A stretch of DNA of 64,000 nt from an uncultured virus (IMG/VR IMGVR_UViG_3300044631_001772) (taxonomy: Duplodnaviria; Heunggongvirae; Uroviricota; Caudoviricetes), in IMG/VR virus record IMGVR_UViG_3300044631_001772, positions 1 to 64,000 of that record. The stretch is one strand, 5' to 3'. Under the pieces are notes generated by a model. It saw nothing but the letters and a program-made list of their open reading frames with translations, searched no databases and was not told where the DNA came from. Shown here piece by piece: positions 35,919-46,635 of the stretch (positions are counted from its first letter, which is position 1; every line of letters begins with the position of its first letter). The translations under genes and the position numbers were made by a program.

Positions 35919-37520
35919 ATGGCACAATTTAATAAGAATGACCAGGACTTTCTGAATCAAGAAAGAACCCTTTTTGAAGTCAATATGATTGCCAATAAGA
36001 ATGGCGAAGTAGTTACTATTGATAATCCATTTCCAGTATCTCTTGGAAGTTCCAATATTACTATTAATGGTAGTATTACAATTCCAGGAATAGTAACAGT
36101 TACAAGCACTCCAGATAATCCAATTCATAATCACATAGTTGAAGTTGGGACAGGTGGAACATTAACAACTCCGTATCTTCCAGTCGGTATTTCTACATTA
36201 CTGAATACTGTAGGTATTGGCACCACAGGGCAAGTATCAATCAACCTCAACAATTCACCAGTCAGCACCACAAATCCATTTCCGATTACTGGATCAGTTG
36301 ATATTGAATTACCACCAATAGCAACTGATGCATTTGGTAGACAAAGAATGTCTACTCCACTCACTCTCTTTGATTCATCTCACAGATATAGAGATAATAA
36401 TCTTTGGAGTGGTTTAGTTGTTGGTACTGGTTCAACAGTTGGATTTTCAACAGCACAAGGTTTGATTAATATGACTGTTGGGGTGGGAAGTACCGCATCA
36501 GTCATTAGAGAAACTACAAAAGTATTCTCTTATCAACCGGGAAAATCATTACAGGTATTGAATACATTTGTAATGAATTCAGCAAAAGCAAATCTTCGCC
36601 AAAGAGTAGGATACTATGGTGCAGACAATGGGATGTATCTAGAACTTAATGGAGATACTTTATATTTTGTAGAAAGAACTTATGTTCCTGGAGTTTTAAC
36701 AGAAACTAGAAAATCTCAACACGAATGGAATGTTGATACGATGCTTGGACCTGGGCATCTCAATCCATCTGGTGTCACATTAGATATTTCCAAAGCACAG
36801 ATTATGTGGATGGATATTGAATGGTTAGGACTTGGAACAGTTAGATTGGGTTTTGTAATTGACGGTCAATTCATTCACTGCCATTCATTTCATCACGCAA
36901 ATCTTATCAATACAACTTATATCACAACAGCATCATTACCTTTGAGATATGAGATTGCAAATACTGGAATTACAACGAGTGCAAGCACACTGAAACAAGT
37001 TTGTTCCACTGTAATTTCAGAAGGTGGTTATGAACTTCGTGGATTACAACAAGCAGTAGGAACACCAATTCAAACACCAGTTGATTTAACAACAGCAGGA
37101 ACTTATTATACTGTTTTATCAATTCGTCTCAAAGCAACGCCAAATAGATTGGATGCAATTGTAATTATGACTGCACTTTCTATTCTTGGTATTACAAATA
37201 ATGCAACTTATAACTGGCAAGTAAGAGCAAGTGGAACATCTAATGGCGGAACTTGGAATGATGCTGGTCTTGATAGTTCTGTGGAATATAAAATTGATGG
37301 TGGAACTTATACTGGTGGAAGAATATTAGCATCTGGATATTTGTACGGGTCTAATCAAGGTTCAACACCAGTTGATATTCTTAAAGAGGCATTATTTAAG
37401 TTTCAGTTAGAAAGAGATGCACTAACTGGAACACCTTATGAACTTTCTCTCGTTGCTTCTTCCAATTCTAATGGTGCAGATATTCACGGGTCTATGGACT
37501 GGGAAGAAATTAGTAGGTAA
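35919..37520 (+). CDS. probable virion structural protein (beta-rich)
   Basis: DAFGRQRMSTPLTLFDS, YQPGKS, EWLGLGTVRLGF; repeated SxxNPFP motifs at the N-terminus. Confidence 0.65.
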   Translation: MAQFNKNDQDFLNQERTLFEVNMIANKNGEVVTIDNPFPVSLGSSNITINGSITIPGIVTVTSTPDNPIHNHIVEVGTGGTLTTPYLPVGISTLLNTVGIGTTGQVSINLNNSPVSTTNPFPITGSVDIELPPIATDAFGRQRMSTPLTLFDSSHRYRDNNLWSGLVVGTGSTVGFSTAQGLINMTVGVGSTASVIRETTKVFSYQPGKSLQVLNTFVMNSAKANLRQRVGYYGADNGMYLELNGDTLYFVERTYVPGVLTETRKSQHEWNVDTMLGPGHLNPSGVTLDISKAQIMWMDIEWLGLGTVRLGFVIDGQFIHCHSFHHANLINTTYITTASLPLRYEIANTGITTSASTLKQVCSTVISEGGYELRGLQQAVGTPIQTPVDLTTAGTYYTVLSIRLKATPNRLDAIVIMTALSILGITNNATYNWQVRASGTSNGGTWNDAGLDSSVEYKIDGGTYTGGRILASGYLYGSNQGSTPVDILKEALFKFQLERDALTGTPYELSLVASSNSNGADIHGSMDWEEISR

Positions 37521-37525
37521 TTTTT

Positions 37526-39226
37526 ATGCCAAATAATGACATCTATCTTGGTAATCCTCTACTAAAAAGAGCAAATACACAAATTCAATTTACGGAAGAA
37601 CAAATTATAGAGTTCTTGAAGTGTAAAGAAGATCCTGTATATTTTGCAAAGAACTATATTAAGATCGTTTCTCTGGATCACGGTCTTGTTCCTTTTGAGA
37701 TGTATCCATTTCAAGAGAAACTTGTAAAAAACTTCCACGAGAATAGATTTAACATTTGTAAGATGCCACGACAGACTGGTAAATCAACCACCTGCGTATC
37801 CTACCTGCTCCACTACGCTGTGTTTAACGATAATGTCAATATTGCCATCTTAGCGAACAAAGCATCCACTGCAAGAGATCTGCTTGGGAGATTACAACTC
37901 GCCTATGAGAACCTACCCAAGTGGATGCAACAGGGCATTATATCTTGGAACAAAGGATCACTCGAATTAGAAAATGGATCAAAAATTTCATCAAACTCTA
38001 CTTCTTCATCTGCTGTCAGAGGCGGATCCTATAATGTCATCTTTTTGGACGAATTCGCATTCATCCCAAATCACATTGCTGATGACTTCTTTGCCTCTGT
38101 TTATCCTACTATTTCTTCTGGTCAAAGCACAAAGGTAATTATTGTTTCTACACCTCGCGGTATGAATCACTTCTACCGCATGTGGCATGACGCTGAGAGG
38201 GGCAAGAACGAATATGTGCCTACAGATGTTCATTGGTCCGAAGTGCCTGGTAGAGACGCTGCCTGGAAGGAGCAGACGATTGCTAACACTAGTGAGCAAC
38301 AGTTTAAGGTTGAGTTTGAATGTGAATTTTTGGGTTCTACAAATACACTCATTAATCCATCAAAACTTAGAAATCTTGTATATGAGGATCCAATTAAAAG
38401 AAATGCTGGATTGGATGTTTATGTTCACCCAAAAGAAGAACATAACTATCTAATTACAGTTGACGTAGCACGTGGTCTCGGAAACGATTACTCGGCATTC
38501 ATTGTCTTTGACATTACGAACTTTCCATATAAAGTTGTAGCAAAATATAGAAATAATGAAATTAAACCAATGCTATTCCCAAGCATTATTCATGAAGTTG
38601 CAAAGGGTTACAATGATGCTTGGTTATTAATCGAAGTTAATGATATTGGAGACCAAGTAGCAAGTATTCTACATTTTGATCTTGAGTATGATAATGTTTT
38701 AATGTGTGCGATGAGAGGTCGTGCTGGTCAAATTGTTGGTTCAGGTTTTAGTGGTAAAAAATCTCAACTTGGGGTAAGAACTACTGCCGCCGTTAAAAAA
38801 CTTGGTTGTTCTAACTTAAAAACTCTATTAGAGGATGATAAGTTACTTACTGTTGACTACGATATTATTTCCGAATTGACAACATTTGCACAAAAGCATA
38901 ATTCTTTTGAAGCAGAGGAAGGTTGTAATGATGACTTAGCAATGTGCTTAGTTATTTTCTCTTGGTTAGTTGCTCAAGATTATTTCAAAGAAATGACGGA
39001 CAATGATGTTCGTAAAAGAATTTATGAAGAACAAAAGAATCAGATTGAACAAGATATGGCACCTTTTGGTTTCATATCAGATGGTTTAGACGACATGGAA
39101 ACGTTTATTGAAGAATCAACTGGAGATAGGTGGTTGCTTGCAACAAAGGATAATGGTATGCAATCAACTGAAGTTTGGAACGTGGATGAATATGGCGACA
39201 GATCCTATATGTGGGAATATCGCTAA
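37526..39226 (+). CDS. gp17: terminase large subunit gp17
   Basis: PRQTGKST Walker A, LDEFAF Walker B, DVARG..DYSA nuclease motif, DDLAMC. Confidence 0.97.
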   Translation: MPNNDIYLGNPLLKRANTQIQFTEEQIIEFLKCKEDPVYFAKNYIKIVSLDHGLVPFEMYPFQEKLVKNFHENRFNICKMPRQTGKSTTCVSYLLHYAVFNDNVNIAILANKASTARDLLGRLQLAYENLPKWMQQGIISWNKGSLELENGSKISSNSTSSSAVRGGSYNVIFLDEFAFIPNHIADDFFASVYPTISSGQSTKVIIVSTPRGMNHFYRMWHDAERGKNEYVPTDVHWSEVPGRDAAWKEQTIANTSEQQFKVEFECEFLGSTNTLINPSKLRNLVYEDPIKRNAGLDVYVHPKEEHNYLITVDVARGLGNDYSAFIVFDITNFPYKVVAKYRNNEIKPMLFPSIIHEVAKGYNDAWLLIEVNDIGDQVASILHFDLEYDNVLMCAMRGRAGQIVGSGFSGKKSQLGVRTTAAVKKLGCSNLKTLLEDDKLLTVDYDIISELTTFAQKHNSFEAEEGCNDDLAMCLVIFSWLVAQDYFKEMTDNDVRKRIYEEQKNQIEQDMAPFGFISDGLDDMETFIEESTGDRWLLATKDNGMQSTEVWNVDEYGDRSYMWEYR

Positions 39227-39453
39227 TGGATTTGGAGGAACAGTTTGAAGTAGAACATTTACTTTTTACAGAAAGAAAATGTAGAGTTTGTGGAATGAAA
39301 AAAAATCTAATAGATGGTTTCTATAAAATAAGAAAGAATAATACACTTCTTTCATCATATGCATATGAGTGCAAAGAATGCACCATAAAAAGAGTTGAAG
39401 AATATAGAAAAAAAGATATTTACTCTACAGAATGGAAATATCCTGATTGGTAG
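39226..39453 (+). CDS. small zinc-finger protein
   Basis: CRVC..CKEC; TAATG coupling to gp17 puts the start at 39226. Confidence 0.75.
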   Translation: MDLEEQFEVEHLLFTERKCRVCGMKKNLIDGFYKIRKNNTLLSSYAYECKECTIKRVEEYRKKDIYSTEWKYPDW

Positions 39454-39535
39454 ACATTCATGCACCGTTTCCCCAATTAAAAGAACCATTTTAATAAATA
39501 CTTTTAGATAATTCTGGTTAGCACGGAGAATAAAG

Positions 39536-41686
39536 ATGCCGCTAAATTTAGCATCTCCTGGAATTGTAGTAAGGGAAGTTGATTTAACACTTGGAAGAGC
39601 TACTCCTTCATCGGATAAGATTGGTGCCATTGTTGCACCTTTCGCTCAAGGACCTGTAGATTCTCCCACTTTAGTAGAAAATGAGAACGATTTACTTAAT
39701 GTTTTTGGACAACCATATAATGCAGATAAGCACTATGAGCATTGGTTAACAGCATCATCATACCTTGCTTATGGTGGATCTTTAAGAGTTGTTAGAGCAG
39801 ATGATGATGAAATCAAAAATGCTTTTGTAGGAACTGCATCTAGCGTCAAGATCAAGAGTTTGGAGCATTATGAAGCTTTAGGATATGACGAGAACACAAT
39901 TAGTAATGTTGTAGTTACCGCCAAAAACCCAGGTTCTTGGGGTAATGGTATCAATGTTGCCATTATCGATGCCAAGGCAGATCAAATTCTTGGTGTCACA
40001 ACTACTGGCGCTGTTCTTGGGTATGGGGTAACTCAAGCAATTTCTTCTGTTCTTCCAGGAGCAGGTTCAACTTCCGTTTTAAATGGTTACTTAAAAGGAA
40101 TCATTACAGAAATTGGTGTTGGAAAACTTAGTGTAAAAGTTTTAAGTCAAGTATCTGTTGCTGGTACAGAAACAATAGTTGATTATCAACCAAGTGGTGT
40201 TTATACATTTGGGACAGCAGGTAATGTAACTGTTGTAAATGCAAGTGGTGTTGGTGTTGCTACTACATCAGTTTCATCACAAGCAGATTGGTTCGATCAG
40301 CAGACAATTGGTATTACAACCAGTTCAACCATCAATTGGAATAATATTGCACCTAGACCATCTACAACCGCATACGCTGCTGCCAGAAACTCAAGATTTG
40401 ATGAGGTTCACGTTGTAGTTATTGACTCTCTTGGAAAGGTTACAGGTAACGCTGGAACGATTCTTGAAAAGCACCTAGGTCTTTCAAAAGCAACAGATGC
40501 AGAATTCTCAGTAGGTTCACCATCTTACTGGAGAAAGTACATTGCAACCAATTCAGATTACATTTTTGCAGGTGGATCGCCTGTTGGAGTTGTAACTACT
40601 GGATTCAGTTCTGGATATACACTTTCGAGTGATGTTGCTTGGGATCAAGAAGCATCTAATATTACTTTTGCTGCTGCAGGTTCTTCAACCAATACATTAG
40701 GTGGCGGTAAAGATTATGGTGGTGCTTCTGATGTAACAACATCTGGTTCACTCAGCGTATCTTTAGGTAATCTTTCTTCTGGATATGATTTATTTGAAAA
40801 TACCGATAACTTTAAAGTTGACTTCTTATTAATGGGATCTGCAGGTTATAGTAAAGAGACTGCACAGGCTCTTGCTAATAAACTAATCTCTGTTGCAGAA
40901 CTGAGAAAAGATGCAATTGCATTCATTTCACCATATAGAGGTGCTGCTTTAACGGATACTTCATCACAAACTGCAGTTACTATCAATTCAGCAGAAGATA
41001 TTACGACTAATGTTTTATCTTTCTATGCACCTATTACATCATCATCTTATGCAGTATTTGATAGTGGTTATAAGTACATGTACGATAGATTTGCGAACAC
41101 CTTTAGATATGTTCCTCTAAATGGTGATATTGCTGGTCTATGTGCCCGTAATGATATTAACAATTTCCCTTGGTACTCGCCCGCTGGAACTTCTAGAGGT
41201 GCGATTTTAAACGCAGTGAAACTGGCGTATAACCCATCCAAATCTCAAAGAGATCGTCTTTATACTAGTAGAATTAATCCAGTTATCTTCTCACCTGGTG
41301 CAGGAATTATTCTGTTTGGTGATAGAACTGGACTTGCAAAGGCATCTGCATTTGATCGCATCAATGTTCGTAGACTATTTGTTTATGTTGAAGATGCAAT
41401 TTCTCAGGCTGCTAAAGATCAACTCTTCGAATTTAATGATGAGATTACAAGAACAAACTTTGTAAATACAATTGAACCTTTCCTCCGTGATGTTCAGGCA
41501 AAGAGAGGAATCTCTGATTATGTTGTTATTTGTGATGAAACAAATAACACTGCTGCAGTAATTGATAACAATGAATTTGTAGCAGATGTTTATATCAAAC
41601 CAGCAAGATCAATTAACTTCATTGGTCTTACTTTCATCGCCACTAAGACTGGTGTTTCGTTTGAAGAAGTAATCGGCAATTTCTAA
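39536..41686 (+). CDS. gp18: tail sheath protein gp18
   Basis: SPGIVVREVD, PWYSPAG, FDRINVRRLF, IKPARSINFI. Confidence 0.97.
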   Translation: MPLNLASPGIVVREVDLTLGRATPSSDKIGAIVAPFAQGPVDSPTLVENENDLLNVFGQPYNADKHYEHWLTASSYLAYGGSLRVVRADDDEIKNAFVGTASSVKIKSLEHYEALGYDENTISNVVVTAKNPGSWGNGINVAIIDAKADQILGVTTTGAVLGYGVTQAISSVLPGAGSTSVLNGYLKGIITEIGVGKLSVKVLSQVSVAGTETIVDYQPSGVYTFGTAGNVTVVNASGVGVATTSVSSQADWFDQQTIGITTSSTINWNNIAPRPSTTAYAAARNSRFDEVHVVVIDSLGKVTGNAGTILEKHLGLSKATDAEFSVGSPSYWRKYIATNSDYIFAGGSPVGVVTTGFSSGYTLSSDVAWDQEASNITFAAAGSSTNTLGGGKDYGGASDVTTSGSLSVSLGNLSSGYDLFENTDNFKVDFLLMGSAGYSKETAQALANKLISVAELRKDAIAFISPYRGAALTDTSSQTAVTINSAEDITTNVLSFYAPITSSSYAVFDSGYKYMYDRFANTFRYVPLNGDIAGLCARNDINNFPWYSPAGTSRGAILNAVKLAYNPSKSQRDRLYTSRINPVIFSPGAGIILFGDRTGLAKASAFDRINVRRLFVYVEDAISQAAKDQLFEFNDEITRTNFVNTIEPFLRDVQAKRGISDYVVICDETNNTAAVIDNNEFVADVYIKPARSINFIGLTFIATKTGVSFEEVIGNF

Positions 41687-41706
41687 TCTAACAGAGGTTA
41701 ACAACA

Positions 41707-42297
41707 ATGGCAACTAGAAATCAAATTAATAATATTCCTTTAAGGAAGATTACAGATTTCAAGAGTAAGCTTACTGGTGGCGGTACTAGAAGTAACCTCT
41801 TTGAAGTTGAGTTAGCATTCCCTGCTGCAGTTGGAGTTGATAATGTAGTTTTGGACAAATCAAGATTTCTTGTAAAGGCAGCTGCAATTCCATCATCAAA
41901 TGTTACTTCTCTTGAAGTTTCTTTTAGAGGAAGAACTTTAAAAGTAGCAGGTGATCGTTCATTCGAATCGTGGACAATTACCGTTATCAACGACACTGAC
42001 TTTGCAATTCGCTCTGCTTTTGAACAGTGGATGAATTATATCAACCGTCTTTCTGATAATACTGGTACAACTGATCCTGCACTTTATCAAGCAGATGCAT
42101 TTGTTCATCAACTTAATCGTGATGGATCTATTTTAAGATCCTATCACATGTATGATTTGTTCCCAACTAGTATCAGCAGCATTCCTCTTGACTATGGCAC
42201 CGACTCAATTCAAGAGTTTACAGTTGAACTACAAGTTCTCTGGTGGGAGGCTATCAAGGGATCTTCTCCTGCTGCTGGTGGCGCCAACATCAACTAA
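41707..42297 (+). CDS. gp19: tail tube protein gp19
   Basis: RSNLFEV, FRGRTLKVAGDRSFESWTITVINDTDF. Confidence 0.96.
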   Translation: MATRNQINNIPLRKITDFKSKLTGGGTRSNLFEVELAFPAAVGVDNVVLDKSRFLVKAAAIPSSNVTSLEVSFRGRTLKVAGDRSFESWTITVINDTDFAIRSAFEQWMNYINRLSDNTGTTDPALYQADAFVHQLNRDGSILRSYHMYDLFPTSISSIPLDYGTDSIQEFTVELQVLWWEAIKGSSPAAGGANIN

Positions 42298-42325
42298 ATA
42301 GTAAACAACAGTTAAAGTTTATAAG

Positions 42326-44008
42326 ATGGCGAAACTTTTTGGTTTTTCGATTGAGGATAAAGAAGATAAATCAAAATCCATAGTATCCCCCGTACCTCAA
42401 ACAGATGAGGACGGGGTTGATTATTATATTCAGTCTGGTTTTTATGGTCAGTATGTAGATATTGAAGGTGTCTACAGAACTGAATTTGATTTGATGCGTC
42501 GTTATCGTGAAATGGCATTACATCCAGAATGTGATGCAGCGATTGAAGATGTTGTAAATGAAGCAATTGTAAGTGATCTTTATGATTCTCCGGTTGAAAT
42601 TGAATTATCAAATTTAAACGCTAGTGATAAGTTAAAGCAGGCAATTAGGGATGAGTTTAAGTCCATCAAAGAAATGATGGACTTTGATAGGAAGTGTCAC
42701 GAAATTTTTAGAAACTGGTATGTAGATGGTAGATTATATTACTTGAAGATTATTGATGTCAAGAAACCTGAGGAAGGAATAAAAGAAATCAGGTATATTG
42801 ACCCAATGAAGATGAAGCACGTTCGTCAAGAAACTAGGACGAAAGGGAAAAATGGTGAAGCAATTGTTAGCACCTTAACTGCAAACGCAAACCTCACAAA
42901 TTCTGAATTAAGTTATTCAGATGTTGAAGAGTATTTCATTTATTCTCCAGCACCAAATTATCCAATGGGTTCTTTAAGTGGTGCTTCTAAAGGATCTCTT
43001 AAAATTGCAAAAGATTCAATTACTTATTGTACATCTGGACTTGTAGATAGAAATAAGGGAACTGTTCTTTCATATCTTCACAAAGCAATTAAAGCACTCA
43101 ATCAATTGAGAATGATTGAAGATAGTCTGGTCATTTATAGACTATCACGTGCTCCAGAAAGAAGGATTTTCTATATTGATGTTGGCAATCTTCCTAAGGT
43201 AAAAGCAGAGCAATATCTTAAAGAAGTTATGAGTCGTTATCGTAACAAACTTGTTTACGATGCAAATACTGGAGAAATTCGTGATGACCGTAAATATATG
43301 TCAATGCTTGAAGATTTTTGGCTCCCAAGAAGAGAAGGTGGTAGAGGAACTGAAATCACAACTCTTCCAGGTGGTCAAAATCTTGGAGAACTTGCAGATA
43401 TTGAATATTTCCAGAAAAAACTTTATAGGGCACTTGGAGTTCCAGAATCCAGAATTGCTGGTGGTGGTGATGGTTTTAATCTTGGGCGTTCATCCGAAAT
43501 TCTAAGAGATGAACTTAAGTTTTCTAAGTTTGTAGGGAGACTTAGAAAGCGTTTCTCAAATATGTTCAATGATATGCTTCGCACCCAACTTCTTTTAAAG
43601 AATGTTGTATCTCCAGAAGATTGGGAAAAAATGGAAGATCATATCCAATATGATTTCCTCTATGATAATCATTTTGCAGAACTTAAGGAAGCTGAACTTA
43701 TAACAAATCGATTAACTTTAATGACACAAATGGAACCTTATATTGGAAAATATTACTCCACCGAATATGTAAGAAAAAGAATTCTTCGCCAAACTGATGC
43801 AGAGATTATTGAAATTGATACTCAAATTGAAGATGAGATAGAAAAAGGTATTCTTCCAGATCCCAACGCACCTGTCGATGAAATGGGCAATCCAATTCCT
43901 CCAGAAGGTGCAGTAGGAGAACAACCAGCACTTGGAGAAACTCCAATGGAACCTGCTGCCTCGCCCGCACCAGAGGTTCCTACGGAACCCAAAGGTGGGA
44001 AGATATAA
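42326..44008 (+). CDS. gp20: portal protein gp20
   Basis: YRLSRAPERRIFYIDVGNLP, EDFWLPRREGGRGTEI. Confidence 0.98.
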   Translation: MAKLFGFSIEDKEDKSKSIVSPVPQTDEDGVDYYIQSGFYGQYVDIEGVYRTEFDLMRRYREMALHPECDAAIEDVVNEAIVSDLYDSPVEIELSNLNASDKLKQAIRDEFKSIKEMMDFDRKCHEIFRNWYVDGRLYYLKIIDVKKPEEGIKEIRYIDPMKMKHVRQETRTKGKNGEAIVSTLTANANLTNSELSYSDVEEYFIYSPAPNYPMGSLSGASKGSLKIAKDSITYCTSGLVDRNKGTVLSYLHKAIKALNQLRMIEDSLVIYRLSRAPERRIFYIDVGNLPKVKAEQYLKEVMSRYRNKLVYDANTGEIRDDRKYMSMLEDFWLPRREGGRGTEITTLPGGQNLGELADIEYFQKKLYRALGVPESRIAGGGDGFNLGRSSEILRDELKFSKFVGRLRKRFSNMFNDMLRTQLLLKNVVSPEDWEKMEDHIQYDFLYDNHFAELKEAELITNRLTLMTQMEPYIGKYYSTEYVRKRILRQTDAEIIEIDTQIEDEIEKGILPDPNAPVDEMGNPIPPEGAVGEQPALGETPMEPAASPAPEVPTEPKGGKI

Positions 44009-44023
44009 ATAATCTTATAAATA
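44004..44023 (+). promoter_or_regulatory. tandem T4-type late promoters
   Basis: TATAAATA at 44004-44011 and 44016-44023. Confidence 0.75.
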
Positions 44024-44036
44024 TAAACTGTTTTTC

Positions 44037-44207
44037 ATGGAAGAACTTATCGATTTGATTGCAACTGATGGATCACCATTGGTTGTTTCCGACAAAATTA
44101 AAGAACTTTTATACAATAAAGCTGCTGAAAGAGTTGATGCTGCTCGTCCAGAAATAGCATCATTTATTTTTGGTGATGATGAACAATCAGGAGGAGACGA
44201 AGAATAA
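44037..44207 (+). CDS. small acidic prohead-core-like protein (56 aa, MEELIDLIATDG...)
   Basis: translated by hand; occupies the T4 gp67/gp68 position between gp20 and gp21; TAATG coupling. Confidence 0.7.
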   Translation: MEELIDLIATDGSPLVVSDKIKELLYNKAAERVDAARPEIASFIFGDDEQSGGDEE

Positions 44208-44734
44208 TGGCAATAAAAGTTGTTCAGAACGTAAATAGAATTTCTCCCACAGTATCTGTAGCAGCTACTAGCAATCCAATTGCACTTAAAAGTGGATACC
44301 TTCGTGTTGCTTGTGCTTCGACTGCAGTATATGTGGAAACTGGTGGGGAACCTGTAGCTACTGTTAATTCTTTCCTGATTTCTCCTTTTGGAAATGAAGT
44401 TTTAAAAGAGAGAATTGCAAAACAACAAATAGCAGGAATTACTACAGGAGCATCAACCGTAATTACTTTTGATAATAATGCAGGAAATCCATTTTTAGTT
44501 GGTGATTATGTAACAATTGAAAATGCTCAACCTGCAGGAATTAATACAGTTCATAGATTAATAACTGCTACAACTAATGCATCAGTTACTATTGCTGCAA
44601 ATACATCCTCAGTTGTTGGCGTAATTACTGCAACTGGTGCCACTTTATCTAGAAGTGTAAAGGTTTCAGCCCTTGCTCTTGATAATACAACAAACGTTAG
44701 TATCACAGAAGTTGTTCAATTAGTTTCCGAATAA
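44207..44734 (+). CDS. conserved hypothetical protein in the head module
   Basis: 175-aa beta-rich ORF between gp20 and gp21. Confidence 0.75.
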   Translation: MAIKVVQNVNRISPTVSVAATSNPIALKSGYLRVACASTAVYVETGGEPVATVNSFLISPFGNEVLKERIAKQQIAGITTGASTVITFDNNAGNPFLVGDYVTIENAQPAGINTVHRLITATTNASVTIAANTSSVVGVITATGATLSRSVKVSALALDNTTNVSITEVVQLVSE

Positions 44735-44735
44735 A

Positions 44736-45386
44736 ATGAAACTCATCACAGAAGAAGTCTCACAAGTAAAATTCATCACCGAAGGAAAAGGTGCTGAAAA
44801 GAAAATGTATATTGAGGGAGTTTTCCTTCAGGGTGATATTTGCAATCGTAATGGAAGAATGTATCCTATGCAAACTCTTGCCCGCGAGGTAAAAAGATAT
44901 AACGAAGCATTTGTTTCTAAGGGTCGTGCTCTTGGAGAACTTGGACATCCTGATGGTCCTACCGTCAATCTTGACCGTGTTTCTCATAAAATTGTTTCTC
45001 TTGAACAAAAGGGAACCAATTTCATCGGTAAAGCACAACTTCTTGGAACTCCAATGGGTAAGATTGCAGAATCTTTAATCAAAGAAGGAGTTTGTCTTGG
45101 TGTTTCTTCTCGTGGTGTTGGTTCACTCAAGATGACCAACGAAGGTCATAAAATTGTTGGTGAAGATTTTATGCTAGCAACTGCTGCAGATATCGTTGCC
45201 GATCCCTCTGCTCCTGATGCTTTTGTTCAGGGAATTATGGAAGGTAAAGAGTGGGTTTGGGAAGGAGGAATTCTTCGCGAAAAACTTGCCGAGTCAACTA
45301 AGCGTAGAATTAATACCTTAGTTAATGAAAAGACTCTTCAGGAACATAAAGTACAATTGTTCCAACAGTTTCTTTCAAATCTATAA
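44736..45386 (+). CDS. gp21: prohead protease gp21
   Basis: NRNGRMYP, ALGELGHP, GVSSRGVGS, DIVADPSAPDA. Confidence 0.97.
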   Translation: MKLITEEVSQVKFITEGKGAEKKMYIEGVFLQGDICNRNGRMYPMQTLAREVKRYNEAFVSKGRALGELGHPDGPTVNLDRVSHKIVSLEQKGTNFIGKAQLLGTPMGKIAESLIKEGVCLGVSSRGVGSLKMTNEGHKIVGEDFMLATAADIVADPSAPDAFVQGIMEGKEWVWEGGILREKLAESTKRRINTLVNEKTLQEHKVQLFQQFLSNL

Positions 45387-45388
45387 TT

Positions 45389-45396
45389 TATAAATA
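45389..45396 (+). promoter_or_regulatory. T4-type late promoter
   Basis: TATAAATA before gp22. Confidence 0.8.
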
Positions 45397-45427
45397 AATA
45401 TAGATTATATACAAGAATCTAAAACAA

Positions 45428-46585
45428 ATGTCCGTTGGTAGAAATTTACAAGAAATGGAAAACGTAGTAACCAAAGGGGCTGCACCTGCCGAACCAATGC
45501 ACAAATTAACTGGAGCAACTCCAGGTCAAACTGCTGGTTGGGAAGATCTTGGTGGTCCTACTCCAGAAAATTATCGTCCAGATGACGAGTCAGCACATCT
45601 CAAAACTCCAACTCTTGCTCAGGTAAGAAATGTAGTCAATGCCAAGGCAGCGGCTGCTGAACCTATGAAGACTGTGGCAAAGGAAGAGACTGAAGAGGAT
45701 GAGGATCTTATTGATGAAGAAGAGATTCTCGAAGATGAAGAGGAAGTAGTTGCTGAGGCGGCTGAGGAGGAAGAGGAAGAGGAGGAGGAAGAGGAAGAGG
45801 AAGAGGAAGAAGAAGAGGGTGGCAAGAAAAAGGGCAAAAAGAAAATGGAAGAAGAGTTCGACATCGATGAAGATGTCAATGCTCTTCTTGCTGGCGAAGA
45901 ACTCTCCGAAGAGTTCCAAGAAAAAGCACGTACTATTTTTGAAGCAGCAATCAGATCAAAGGTTGTTGAAATCAAAGAGTCTCTACAAAATGCTTATGAG
46001 CATACACTTGTAGAAGAAATCGAAGCAATCAAGGAAAGCCTCACCAGTAGAGTTGATGCTTATCTTGAGTATGTTGCTGACGAGTGGATCCAAGAAAATG
46101 CACTCGCAGTTGAGCACGGTCTTAAGACCGAAATGACTGAATCATTCCTTGTTGGAATGAAGCAACTTTTTGAAGATCATTATGTAACAATCCCTGAAGA
46201 TAGATATGATGTAATCGAGAATATGGTAGATAAACTTGATGAAATGGAAGGAAAACTCAACGAGCAAATCGAAAGAAATGTTGCTCTGAATAGAAGATTA
46301 GCGGAGTCAGTTGCTGATGTAATTTTTGCAGATGTCGCTGAGGGGCTTGCACTTTCTCAGAAGGACAAACTCGCTTCTCTTGCCGAAAATGTTGAGTTTG
46401 ATGGTGAAGAGAGCTATCGTGAGAAACTGGTAACTCTGAGGGAATCATACTTCCCAACCAGAACTACTGGTGCTCAAAGAAACGCTAGTGAAAATTTGTC
46501 TGAGGAAACCAATTTGAATATTCAATCAGTCGGTGGCACCATGGGTGCATATCTTCAGACTCTCCAAAGAGTTTCTAAAAAGTGA
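45428..46585 (+). CDS. gp22: prohead core scaffold gp22
   Basis: LSEEFQEKARTIFEAA, VDAYLEYVADEW; acidic; between gp21 and gp23. Confidence 0.95.
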   Translation: MSVGRNLQEMENVVTKGAAPAEPMHKLTGATPGQTAGWEDLGGPTPENYRPDDESAHLKTPTLAQVRNVVNAKAAAAEPMKTVAKEETEEDEDLIDEEEILEDEEEVVAEAAEEEEEEEEEEEEEEEEEEGGKKKGKKKMEEEFDIDEDVNALLAGEELSEEFQEKARTIFEAAIRSKVVEIKESLQNAYEHTLVEEIEAIKESLTSRVDAYLEYVADEWIQENALAVEHGLKTEMTESFLVGMKQLFEDHYVTIPEDRYDVIENMVDKLDEMEGKLNEQIERNVALNRRLAESVADVIFADVAEGLALSQKDKLASLAENVEFDGEESYREKLVTLRESYFPTRTTGAQRNASENLSEETNLNIQSVGGTMGAYLQTLQRVSKK

Positions 46586-46635
46586 TTTTTAAATCATAAC
46601 AATCAAACTAACACTTCTAAAGAGGTAAAAACCAA

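Noticed and set aside
45590..46013. Poly-Ser, poly-Phe/Leu and Arg/Lys-rich ORFs over gp22
   Set aside because: Alternative-frame readings of the Glu-codon run.
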